Shown here in pieces: positions 24,773 through 36,464 of a DNA stretch of 64,000 bases. The notes beneath the pieces were generated by a model. It was not told the origin of the DNA, searched no databases, and was given only the letters and a program-made list of their open reading frames with translations. Each line of letters begins with the position of its first letter. Position 1 is the stretch's first letter. The translations under genes were made by a program, and so were the position numbers. Where the stretch lies: NCBI GenBank assembly GCA_051362555.1, contig CM120640.1, positions 34,243,967-34,307,966 on the forward strand, given 5' to 3'. The DNA is from Lingula anatina. Its lineage: Eukaryota; Animalia; Brachiopoda.

Positions 24773-27173
24773 ATGGCCGAGAAGCAGGAAAAGTAAGTTA
24801 TTGACACTGTGATGCATGTCAGATTAAATAATGATGGAAGGCTTTCTGTGAAATCATGCTGTAGTTGGGAAGTTATAATTTGATAATTTGGTGCTTTGTC
24901 TAAATCTACTTTAGATTTTCATTGGTGCACATGTTAATTTTTATCATAAAAAATCACTAACTTGCAGAACTTCTCAAAGTGAGACATCATCTGAAGTCCT
25001 CAAGTATCCAGTTGCTCAGATACCCAAAAGTGGTACCAAAGAAGTGTCTTTTTCTGCTTGTGGAGTGGCAGGGATACAGGATAGATCACCTCATGAAGTA
25101 CAGGATTCAGATAACTACCCAGTTGAAAAACACACTTCACGTGAAGAAACCGCTACACCTTGCCTCTCTAAAAAAATGGTATCAGTTGGGTCCAATCCTT
25201 CACAAATCCGACAAGAGTCATGTGTAGAGCAGCAGTTTTTTGATGACCGGACAACTGGACAGCCAAGGGATAGAGTGGACTTTGATGGCAAGTTCTTGAG
25301 TCTCAACAAGACATCTCCAAATGGGGGTACAGATGATAGCCAGGCTCTTTGTCTTAAGTCTAAAAGAAGGGCAATGGGCAGTGTTCACCAAATGGACACA
25401 CTAAATGTCCAAAAAGATTCCAGATGCATCCAACCAAGTGAAAACAGCGGGGAAAAGAGTTCAGAAAGTGAAATTCTTTCAGTTCAAGAAATTACCAACT
25501 TGGAAAAGAACATTTCTGTATCTTCAGCCAGTGGACTCGTGATTTCAGTTCAAACTAATCCCAGAAAAAAAGTTTTGTCAGGGGTCATACCAGATGATTC
25601 CATTTCCATTGTAGAGGAAAGCAAAAATAACATTGAATCTACAAAAGACAGAAGTGACCAAGCTTTGGATGATGACCATGTTTCTGACAATGACCCAGAA
25701 TTTCCCAGGCATGGATCAGAATGGAAGGGGAATGAAGGTCAATTCATAAATAAAACAGAAGTAATTCATAATAATGTGTCAAACAAGCAAAATAAAACCA
25801 CTCTATTTTTGGAGAAAGGTACCCAGACAGAAGCCACCAGAGAGGCAAGCAGAAATAAAGAGACACAAACAATAAAGGAGGCAGCTGTTAATGATTTGGG
25901 TGAGAGGAGAGAAGCAACCTATGTAGAGTCTACCCATCAACTGCATTCTATTCCATCACCCATTTGTGAAGTACAAGATGGAGCTGCTGGCAGAAATTTA
26001 GCTGATGGTGAGAAAGGAATAGCCAGTGGAAAATCCAAAACCCAGGAGGTATACCTTTTAAACATCTCATATTGTTATTAAAAGGCAAACATCTAAGAAT
26101 CAAGATATTTTGATATTTTGTAGTTGAAAAAAATTAAAGTAGTCTTGTAGCAATAGAGTGTATTGATTTGTAAAGTAAGGTTGTAGAATAGAATCTAATA
26201 AGATAAATAACTTCTAAATAGTAATTTCAAGATTGAATATGAAGTATATAAATTGCACTTCTCTTATCATCATCATCATCATCATCATCATTATCCAGGA
26301 ATTGGAAAAATGCCTGGACATTTCTCAAGCAGAGTTCCAGAAAGGGACAAACCAAGGCTTAGAGTCAGCAACGAGCAGAACAGCAGCATTCAAGACAAAA
26401 GCATCCAAAACTCCAGCCCCAGTGAAGAATCAACTGAAAAGTCAAGGCGGTTTGAAGAGTGTTTGCAAACCAAGTGGGAAAAGAGGTCATTCAGAAGCAG
26501 CAAAAACAGCAGAAAAGCCAGGATATTCATGGAAGGCCAGTTTAAACAGAACAAAACCACGTGGAGACAAGAAAAGTGAGGAGGCAAGACAGCATCAGAG
26601 GGAGGCAGCACGCAGCAAGATGGCTTACAATGATTCTTTGCAGAGAAAAGGGTCTGTTACAAGAAACAAGGAAAAAGTAATGACAAGAGACGAGCATGGC
26701 GACTTCCCACCAAAAGGCTTAACAGAAATGCAGAAGAAGGATGCTATAGAACCTGAAGTAAGGTCCACATCCTCTCAGCCAGACTTATGTCATGAAGGAA
26801 ATGAGACCCATGATGTTACTGAAAAATATGTAGATTCTACCCATCAACTGCAGTCTACTCCAACACCCATTTGTGAAGTGCAAGATGAAGCTGTTGGCAG
26901 AAATTTAGCTGATGGTGAGAAAGAAATGCCGAGTGGAAAAGAGAAAGCCCAGAAGGTATACCTTTTAAACATGTGTCATATTATTGTTAGAAGGCAAACA
27001 TCTAAGAATCAAGATATTTTGATATTTTTGTAGTTGAAAAAGAAATTTTAAAACTTGTAGCAAAAACGTGTATTGATTTGTAAAAAAAGGTAGATTATAA
27101 TCTAATATGATGTATAACTTCCCTTAAATAGTAATTTCAAGACTGCATATAAAGTATGTTCATTGCACTTCTC

Positions 27174-27229
<56 letters not shown>

Positions 27230-28110
27230 CAGAACTTGGAAAAATGCCAGGACATTTCTCAATCAGAGTTCCAGAAAGGGACAAACCAAGGCTTAGAGTC
27301 AGCAACGAGCAGAACAGCAGCATTCAAGACAAAAGCATCCAAAACTCCTGCCCCAGTGAAGAATCAACTGAAAAGTCAAGGCGGTTTGAAGAGTGTTTGC
27401 AAACCAAGTGGGAAAAGAGGTCATTCAGAAGCAGCAAAAACAGCAGAAAAGCCAGGATATTCATGCAAGGCCAGTTTAAACAGAACAAAACCATGTGGAG
27501 ACAAGAAAAGTGAGGAGGCAAGACAGCATCAGAGGGAGGCAGCACACAGCAAGATAGCTTACAATGATTCTTTGCAGAGAAAAGGGTCTGTTACAATAAA
27601 CAAGGAAAAAGTAACGACAAGAGACGAGCATGGCGACTTCCCACCAAAAGGCTTAACAGAAATGCAGAAGAAGGATGCTATAGAACCTGAAGTTAGGTCC
27701 ACATCCTCTCAGCCAGACTTATGTCATGAAGGAAATGAGACCCATGATGTTACTGAAAAATATGTAGATTCTACCCATCAACTGTATTCTACTCCATCAC
27801 CCATTTGTGAAGCGCAAGATGAAGCTGTTGGCAGACATTTAGCTGATGGTGAGAAAGAAATGCCAAATGGAAAAGAGAAAGCCCAGAAGGTATACCTTTT
27901 AAGCATGTGTCATATTGTTGTTAGAAGGCAAACATCTCAGAATCAAGATATTTTGATATTTTTGTAGTTGAAAAAGAAATTAAAAGTCTTGTAGCAATAA
28001 AGTGTATTGATTTATAAAGAAAGGTAGATTATAATCTAATACGATGTAAAACTTCCCCTAAATAGTAATTTCAAGATTGCATATGAAGTATATTCATGGC
28101 ACTTCTCTTA

Positions 28111-28157
<47 letters not shown>

Positions 28158-29038
28158 CAGGACTTGGAAAAATGCCAGGACATTTCTCAAACAGAGTTCC
28201 AGAAAGGGACAAACCAAGGCTTAGAGTCAGCAATGAGCAGAACAGCAGCCTTCAAGACAAAAGCATCCAAAACTCCTGCCCCAGTGAAGAATCAACTGAA
28301 AAGTCAAGGCGGTTTGAAGAGTGTTTGCAAACCAAGTGGGAAAAGAGGTCATTCAGAAGCAGCAAAAACAGCAGAAAAGCCAGGATATTCATGCAAGGCC
28401 AGTTTAAACAGAACAAAACCACGTGGAGACAAGAAAAGTGAGGAGGCAAGACAGCATCAGAGGGAGGCAGCACACAGCAAGATAGCTTACAATGATTCTT
28501 TGCAGAGAAAAGGGTCTGTTACAATAAACAAGGAAAAAGTAACGACAAGAGACGAGCATGGCGACTTCCCACCAAAAGGCTTAACAGAAATGCAGAAGAA
28601 GGATGCTATAGAACCTGAAGTTAGGTCCACATCCTCTCAGCCAGACTTATGTCATGAAGGAAATGAGACCCATGATGTTACTGAAAAATATGTAGATTCT
28701 ACCCATCAACTGTATTCTACTCCATCACCCATTTGTGAAGCGCAAGATGAAGCTGTTGGCAGAAATTTAGCTGATGGTGAGAAAGAAATGCCAAATGGAA
28801 AAGAGAAAGCCCAGAAGGTATACCTTTTAAGCATGTGTCATATTGTTGTTAGAAGGCAAACATCTCAGAATCAAGATATTTTGATATTTTTGTAGTTGAA
28901 AAAGAAATTAAAAGTCTTGTAGCAATAAAGTGTATTGATTTATAAAGAAAGGTAGATTATAATCTAATACGATGTAAAACTTCCCCTAAATAGTAATTTC
29001 AAGATTGCATATGAAGTATATTCATGGCACTTCTCTTA

Positions 29039-29079
<41 letters not shown>

Positions 29080-29960
29080 CAGGACTTGGAAAAATGCCAG
29101 GACATTTCTCAAACAGAGTTCCAGAAAGGGACAAACCAAGGCTTAGAGTCAGCAACGAGCAGAACAGCAGCCTTCAAGACAAAAGCATCCAAAACTCCTG
29201 CCCCAGTGAAGAATCAACTGAAAAGTCAAGGCGGTTTGAAGAGTGTTTGCAAACCAAGTGGGAAAAGAGGTCATTCAGAAGCAGCAAAAACAGCAGAAAA
29301 GCCAGGATATTCATGCAAGGCCAGTTTAAACAGAACAAAACCATGTGGAGACAAGAAAAGTGAGGAGGCAAGACAGCATCAGAGGGAGGCAGCACACAGC
29401 AAGATAGCTTACAATGATTCTTTGCAGAGAAAAGGGTCTGTTACAATAAACAAGGAAAAAGTAACGACAAGAGACGAGCATGGCGACTTCCCACCAAAAG
29501 GCTTAACAGAAATGCAGAAGAAGGATGCTATAGAACCTGAAGTTAGGTCCACATCCTCTCAGCCAGACTTATGTCATGAAGGAAATGAGACCCATGATGT
29601 TACTGAAAAATATGTAGATTCTACCCATCAACTGTATTCTACTCCATCACCCATTTGTGAAGCGCAAGATGAAGCTGTTGGCAGACATTTAGCTGATGGT
29701 GAGAAAGAAATGCCAAATGGAAAAGAGAAAGCCCAGAAGGTATACCTTTTAAGCATGTGTCATATTGTTGTTAGAAGGCAAACATCTCAGAATCAAGATA
29801 TTTTGATATTTTTGTAGTTGAAAAAGAAATTAAAAGTCTTGTAGCAATAAAGTGTATTGATTTATAAAGAAAGGTAGATTATAATCTAATACGATGTAAA
29901 ACTTCCCCTAAATAGTAATTTCAAGATTGCATATGAAGTATATTCATGGCACTTCTCTTA

Positions 29961-29998
<38 letters not shown>

Positions 29999-30879
29999 CA
30001 GGACTTGGAAAAATGCCAGGACATTTCTCAAACAGAGTTCCAGAAAGGGACAAACCAAGGCTTAGAGTCAGCAACGAGCAGAACAGCAGCCTTCAAGACA
30101 AAAGCATCCAAAACTCCTGCCCCAGTGAAGAATCAACTGAAAAGTCAAGGCGGTTTGAAGAGTGTTTGCAAACCAAGTGGGAAAAGAGGTCATTCAGAAG
30201 CAGCAAAAACAGCAGAAAAGCCAGGATATTCATGCAAGGCCAGTTTAAACAGAACAAAACCACGTGGAGACAAGAAAAGTGAGGAGGCAAGACAGCATCA
30301 GAGGGAGGCAGCACGCAGCAAGATAGCTTACAATGATTCTTTGCAGAGAAAAGGGTCTGTTACAAGAAACAAGGAAAAAGTAATGACAAGAGACGAGCAT
30401 GGCGACTTCCCACCAAAAGGCTTAACAGAAATGCAGAAGAAGGATGCTATAGAACCTGAAGTTAGGTCCACATCCTCTCAGCCAGACTTATGTCATGAAG
30501 GAAATGAGACCCATGATGTTACTGAAAAATATGTAGATTTTACCCATCAACTGTATTCTACTCCATCACCCATTTGTGAAGCGCAAGATGAAGCTGTTGG
30601 CAGACATTTAGCTGATGGTGAGAAGGAAATGCCAAATGGAAAAGAGAAAGCCCAGAAGGTATACCTTTTAAGCATGTGTCATATTGTTGTTAGAAGGCAA
30701 ACATCTCAGAATCAAGATATTTTGATATTTTTGTAGTTGAAAAAGAAATTAAAAGTCTTGTAGCAATAAAGTGTATTGATTTATAAAGAAAGGTAGATTA
30801 TAATCTAATACGATGTAAAACTTCCCCTAAATAGTAATTTCAAGATTGCATATGAAGTATATTCATGGCACTTCTCTTA

Positions 30880-30923
<44 letters not shown>

Positions 30924-31804
30924 CAGGACTTGGAAAAATGCCAGGACATTTCTCAAACAGAGTTCCAGAAAGGGACAAACCAAGGCTTAGAGTCAGCAAC
31001 GAGCAGAACAGCAGCCTTCAAGACAAAAGCATCCAAAACTCCTGCCCCAGTGAAGAATCAACTGAAAAGTCAAGGCGGTTTGAAGAGTGTTTGCAAACCA
31101 AGTGGGAAAAGAGGTCATTCAGAAGCAGCAAAAACAGCAGAAAAGCCAGGATATTCATGCAAGGCCAGTTTAAACAGAACAAAACCATGTGGAGACAAGA
31201 AAAGTGAGGAGGCAAGACAGCATCAGAGGGAGGCAGCACACAGCAAGATAGCTTACAATGATTCTTTGCAGAGAAAAGGGTCTGTTACAATAAACAAGGA
31301 AAAAGTAACGACAAGAGACGAGCATGGCGACTTCCCACCAAAAGGCTTAACAGAAATGCAGAAGAAGGATGCTATAGAACCTGAAGTTAGGTCCACATCC
31401 TCTCAGCCAGACTTATGTCATGAAGGAAATGAGACCCATGATGTTACTGAAAAATATGTAGATTCTACCCATCAACTGTATTCTACTCCATCACCCATTT
31501 GTGAAGCGCAAGATGAAGCTGTTGGCAGACATTTAGCTGATGGTGAGAAAGAAATGCCAAATGGAAAAGAGAAAGCCCAGAAGGTATACCTTTTAAGCAT
31601 GTGTCATATTGTTGTTAGAAGGCAAACATCTCAGAATCAAGATATTTTGATATTTTTGTAGTTGAAAAAGAAATTAAAAGTCTTGTAGCAATAAAGTGTA
31701 TTGATTTATAAAGAAAGGTAGATTATAATCTAATACGATGTAAAACTTCCCCTAAATAGTAATTTCAAGATTGCATATGAAGTATATTCATGGCACTTCT
31801 CTTA

Positions 31805-31851
<47 letters not shown>

Positions 31852-33642
31852 CAGGACTTGGAAAAATGCCAGGACATTTCTCAAACAGAGTTCCTGAAAG
31901 GGACAAACCAAGGCTTAGAGTCAGCAACGAGCAGAACAGCAGCCTTCAAGACAAAAGCATCCAAAACTCCTGCCCCAGTGAAGAATCAACTGAAAAGTCA
32001 AGGCGGTTTGAAGAGTGTTTGCAAACCAAGTGGGAAAAGAGGTCATTCAGAAGCAGCAAAAACAGCAGAAAAGCCAGGATATTCATGCAAGGCCAGTTTA
32101 AACAGAACAAAACCACGTGGAGACAAGAAAAGTGAGGAGGCAAGACAGCATCAGAGGGAGGCAGCACGCAGCAAGATAGCTTACAATGATTCTTTGCAGA
32201 GAAAAGGGTCTGTTACAAGAAACAAGGAAAAAGTAATGACAAGAGACGAGCATGGCGACTTCCCACCAAAAGGCTTAACAGAAATGCAGAAGAAGGATGC
32301 TATAGAACCTGAAGTAAGGTCCACATCCTCTCAGCCAGACTTATGTCATGAAGGAAATGAGACCCATGATGTTACTGAAAAATATGTAGATTCTACCCAT
32401 CAACTGCAGTCTACTCCATCACCCATTTGTGAAGTGCAAGATGAAGCTGTTGGCAGAAATTTAGCTGATGGTGAGAAAGAAATGCCGAGTGGAAAAGAGA
32501 AAGCCCAGAAGGTATACCTTTTAAACATGTGTCATATTATTGTTAGAAGGCAAACATCTAAGAATCAAGATATTTTGATATTTTTGTAGTTGAAAAAGAA
32601 ATTAAAAGTCTTGTAGCAATAAAGTGTATTGATTTATAAAGAAAGGTAGATTATAATCTAATACGATGTAAAACTTCCCCTAAATAGTAATTTCAAGATT
32701 GCATATGAAGTATATTCATGGCACTTCTCTTATCATTATTATTATTATTATTATTATTACCCAGGACTTGGAAAAATGCCAGGACATTTCTCAAACAGAG
32801 TTCCAGAAAGGGACAAACCAAGGCTTAGAGTCAGCAATGAGCAGAACAGCAGCCTTCAAGACAAAAGCATCCAAAACTCCTGCCCCAGTGAAGAATCAAC
32901 TGAAAAGTCAAGGCGGTTTGAAGAGTGTTTGCAAACCAAGTGGGAAAATAGGTCATTCAGAAGCAGCAAAAACAGCAGAAAAGCCAGGATATTCATGCAA
33001 GGCCAGTTTAAACAGAACAAAACCACGTGGAGACAAGAAAAGTGAGGAGGCAAGACAGCATCAGAGGGAGGCAGCACACAGCAAGATAGCTTACAATGAT
33101 TCTTTGCAGAGAAAAGGGTCTGTTACAATAAACAAGGAAAAAGTAACGACAAGAGACGAGCATGGCGACTTCCCACCAAAAGGCTTAACAGAAATGCAGA
33201 AGAAGGATGCTATAGAACCTGAAGTTAGGTCCACATCCTCTCAGCCAGACTTATGTCATGAAGGAAATGAGACCCATGATGTTACTGAAAAATATGTAGA
33301 TTCTACCCATCAACTGTATTCTACTCCATCACCCATTTGTGAAGCGCAAGATGAAGCTGTTGGCAGAAATTTAGCTGATGGTGAGAAAGAAATGCCAAAT
33401 GGAAAAGAGAAAGCCCAGAAGGTATACCTTTTAAGCATGTGTCATATTGTTGTTAGAAGGCAAACATCTCAGAATCAAGATATTTTGATATTTTTGTAGT
33501 TGAAAAAGAAATTAAAAGTCTTGTAGCAATAAAGTGTATTGATTTATAAAGAAAGGTAGATTATAATCTAATACGATGTAAAACTTCCCCTAAATAGTAA
33601 TTTCAAGATTGCATATGAAGTATATTCATGGCACTTCTCTTA

Positions 33643-33686
<44 letters not shown>

Positions 33687-36402
33687 CAGGACTTGGAAAA
33701 ATGCCAGGACATTTCTCAAACAGAGTTCCAGAAAGGGACAAACCAAGGCTTAGAGTCAGCAACGAGCAGAACAGCAACCTTCAAGACAAAAGCATCCAAA
33801 ACTCCTGCCCCAGTGAAGAATCAACTGAAAAGTCAAGGCGGTTTGAAGAGTGTTTGCAAACCAAGTGGGAAAAGAGGTCATTCAGAAGCAGCAAAAACAG
33901 CAGAAAAGCCAGGATATTCATGCAAGGCCAGTTTAAACAGAACAAAACCACGTGGAGACAAGAAAAGTGAGGAGGCAAGACAGCATCAGAGGGAGGCAGC
34001 ACACAGCAAGATAGCCTACAATGATTCTTTGCAGAGAAAAGGGTCTGTTACAAGAAACAAGGAAAAAGTAATGACAAGAGACGAGCATGGCGACTTCCCA
34101 CCAAAAGGCTTAACAGAAATGCAGAAGAAGGATGCTATAGAACCTGAAGTAAGGTCCACATCCTCTCAGCCAGACTTATGTCATGAAGGAAATGAGACCC
34201 ATGATGTTACTGAAAAATATGTAGATTCTACCCATCAACTGCAGTCTACTCCATCACCCATTTGTGAAGTGCAAGATGAAGCTGTTGGCAGAAATTTAGC
34301 TGATGGTGAGAAAGAAATGCCGAGTGGAAAAGAGAAAGCCCAGAAGGTATACCTTTTAAACATGTGTCATATTATTGTTAGAAGGCAAACATCTAAGAAT
34401 CAAGATATTTTGATATTTTTGTAGTTGAAAAAGAAATTTAAAAACTTGTAGCATAAAGTGTATTGATTTGTAAAAAAAGGTAGATTATAATCTAATGTGA
34501 TGTATAACTTCCCTTAAATAGTAATTTCAAGACTGCATATAAAGTATGTTCATTGCACTTCTCTTATTATTATTATTATTATTATTATTATTTTACTATT
34601 ATTACCCAGGACTTGGAAAAATGCCAGGACATTTCTCAAGCAGAGTTCCAGAAAGGGACAAACCAAGGCTTAGAGTCAGCAACGAGCAGAACAGCAGCAT
34701 TCAAGACAAAAGCATCCAAAACTCCTGCCCCAGTGAAGAATCAACTGAAAAGCCAAAACGGTTTGAAGAGTGTTTGCAAACCAAGTGGGAAAAGAGGTCA
34801 TTCAGAAGCAGCAAAAACAGCAGAAAAGCCAGGATATTCATGCAAGGCCAGTTTAAACAGAACAAAACCACGTGGAGACAAGAAAAGTGAGGAGGCAAGA
34901 CAGCATCAGAGGGAGGCAGCACACAGCAAGATAGCCTACAATGATTCTTTGCAGAGAAAAGGGTCTGTTACAAGAAACAAGGAAAAAGTAATGACAAGAG
35001 ACGAGCATGGCGACTTCCCACCAAAAGGCTTAACAGAAATGCAGAAGAAGGATGCTATAGAACCTGAAGTAAGGTCCACATCCTCTCAGCCAGACTTATG
35101 TCATGAAGGAAATGAGACCCATGATGTTACTGAAAAATATGTAGATTCTACCCATCAACTGCAGTCTACTCCATCACCCATTTGTGAAGTGCAAGATGAA
35201 GCTGTTGGCAGAAATTTAGCTGATGGTGAGAAAGAAATGCCGAGTGGAAAAGAGAAAGCCCAGAAGGTATACCTTTTAAACATGTGTCATATTATTGTTA
35301 GAAGGCAAACATCTAAGAATCAAGATATTTTGATATTTTTGTAGTTGAAAAAGAAATTTAAAAACTTGTAGCATAAAGTGTATTGATTTGTAAAAAAAGG
35401 TAGATTATAATCTAATGTGATGTATAACTTCCCTTAAATAGTAATTTCAAGACTGCATATAAAGTATGTTCATTGCACTTCTCTTATTATTATTATTATT
35501 ATTATTATTATTTTACTATTATTACCCAGGACTTGGAAAAATGCCAGGACATTTCTCAAGCAGAGTTCCAGAAAGGGACAAACCAAGGCTTAGAGTCAGC
35601 AACGAGCAGAACAGCAGCATTCAAGACAAAAGCATCCAAAACTCCTGCCCCAGTGAAGAATCAACTGAAAAGCCAAAACGGTTTGAAGAGTGTTTGCAAA
35701 CCAAGTGGGAAAAGAGGTCATTCAGAAGCAGCAAAAACAGCAGAAAAGCCAGGATATTCATGCAAGGCCAGTTTAAACAGAACAAAACCACGTGGAGACA
35801 AGAAAAGTGAGGAGGCAAGACAGCATCAGAGGGAGGCAGCACACAGCAAGATAGCCTACAATGATTCTTTGCAGAGAAAAGGGTCTGTTACAAGAAACAA
35901 GGAAAAAGTAATGACAAGAGACGAGCATGGCGACTTCCCACCAAAAGGCTTAACAGAAATGCAGAAGAAGGATGCTATAGAACCTGAAGTAAGGTCCACA
36001 TCCTCTCAGCCAGACTTATGTCATGAAGGAAATGAGACCCATGATGTTACTGAAAAATATGTAGATTCTACCCATCAACTGCAGTCTACTCCATCACCCA
36101 TTTGTGAAGTGCAAGATGAAGCTGTTGGCAGAAATTTAGCTGATGGTGAGAAAGAAATGCCGAGTGGAAAAGAGAAAGCCCAGAAGGTATACCTTTTAAA
36201 CATGTGTCATATTATTGTTAGAAGGCAAACATCTAAGAATCAAGATATTTTGATATTTTTGTAGTTGAAAAAGAAATTTAAAAACTTGTAGCATAAAGTG
36301 TATTGATTTGTAAAAAAAGGTAGATTATAATCTAATGTGATGTATAACTTCCCTTAAATAGTAATTTCAAGATTGCATATAAGTATATTCATTGCACTTC
36401 TC

Positions 36403-36464
<62 letters not shown>

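Noticed and set aside
26956-27232. U12-type introns in the array (donor GTATACCTTTT, ttcccttaaat resembling a minor branch site)
   Set aside because: The donor departs from GTATCCTT by an inserted A, the branch-like motif is ~100 nt from the in-frame AG, and the nearer AG leads to a premature stop
26253-35842. Recurrent 89-116 aa alternative-frame and 73 aa antisense ORFs in each unit
   Set aside because: They recur only because the DNA is duplicated; no independent start context or recognisable motif
26233-36264. Each 243-272 aa ORF as a separate tandem gene with a poly-Ile signal or membrane segment
   Set aside because: The poly-Ile/Tyr/His stretches are translations of the intronic microsatellite, most starts are non-ATG, and GT/AG sites define exons of one gene
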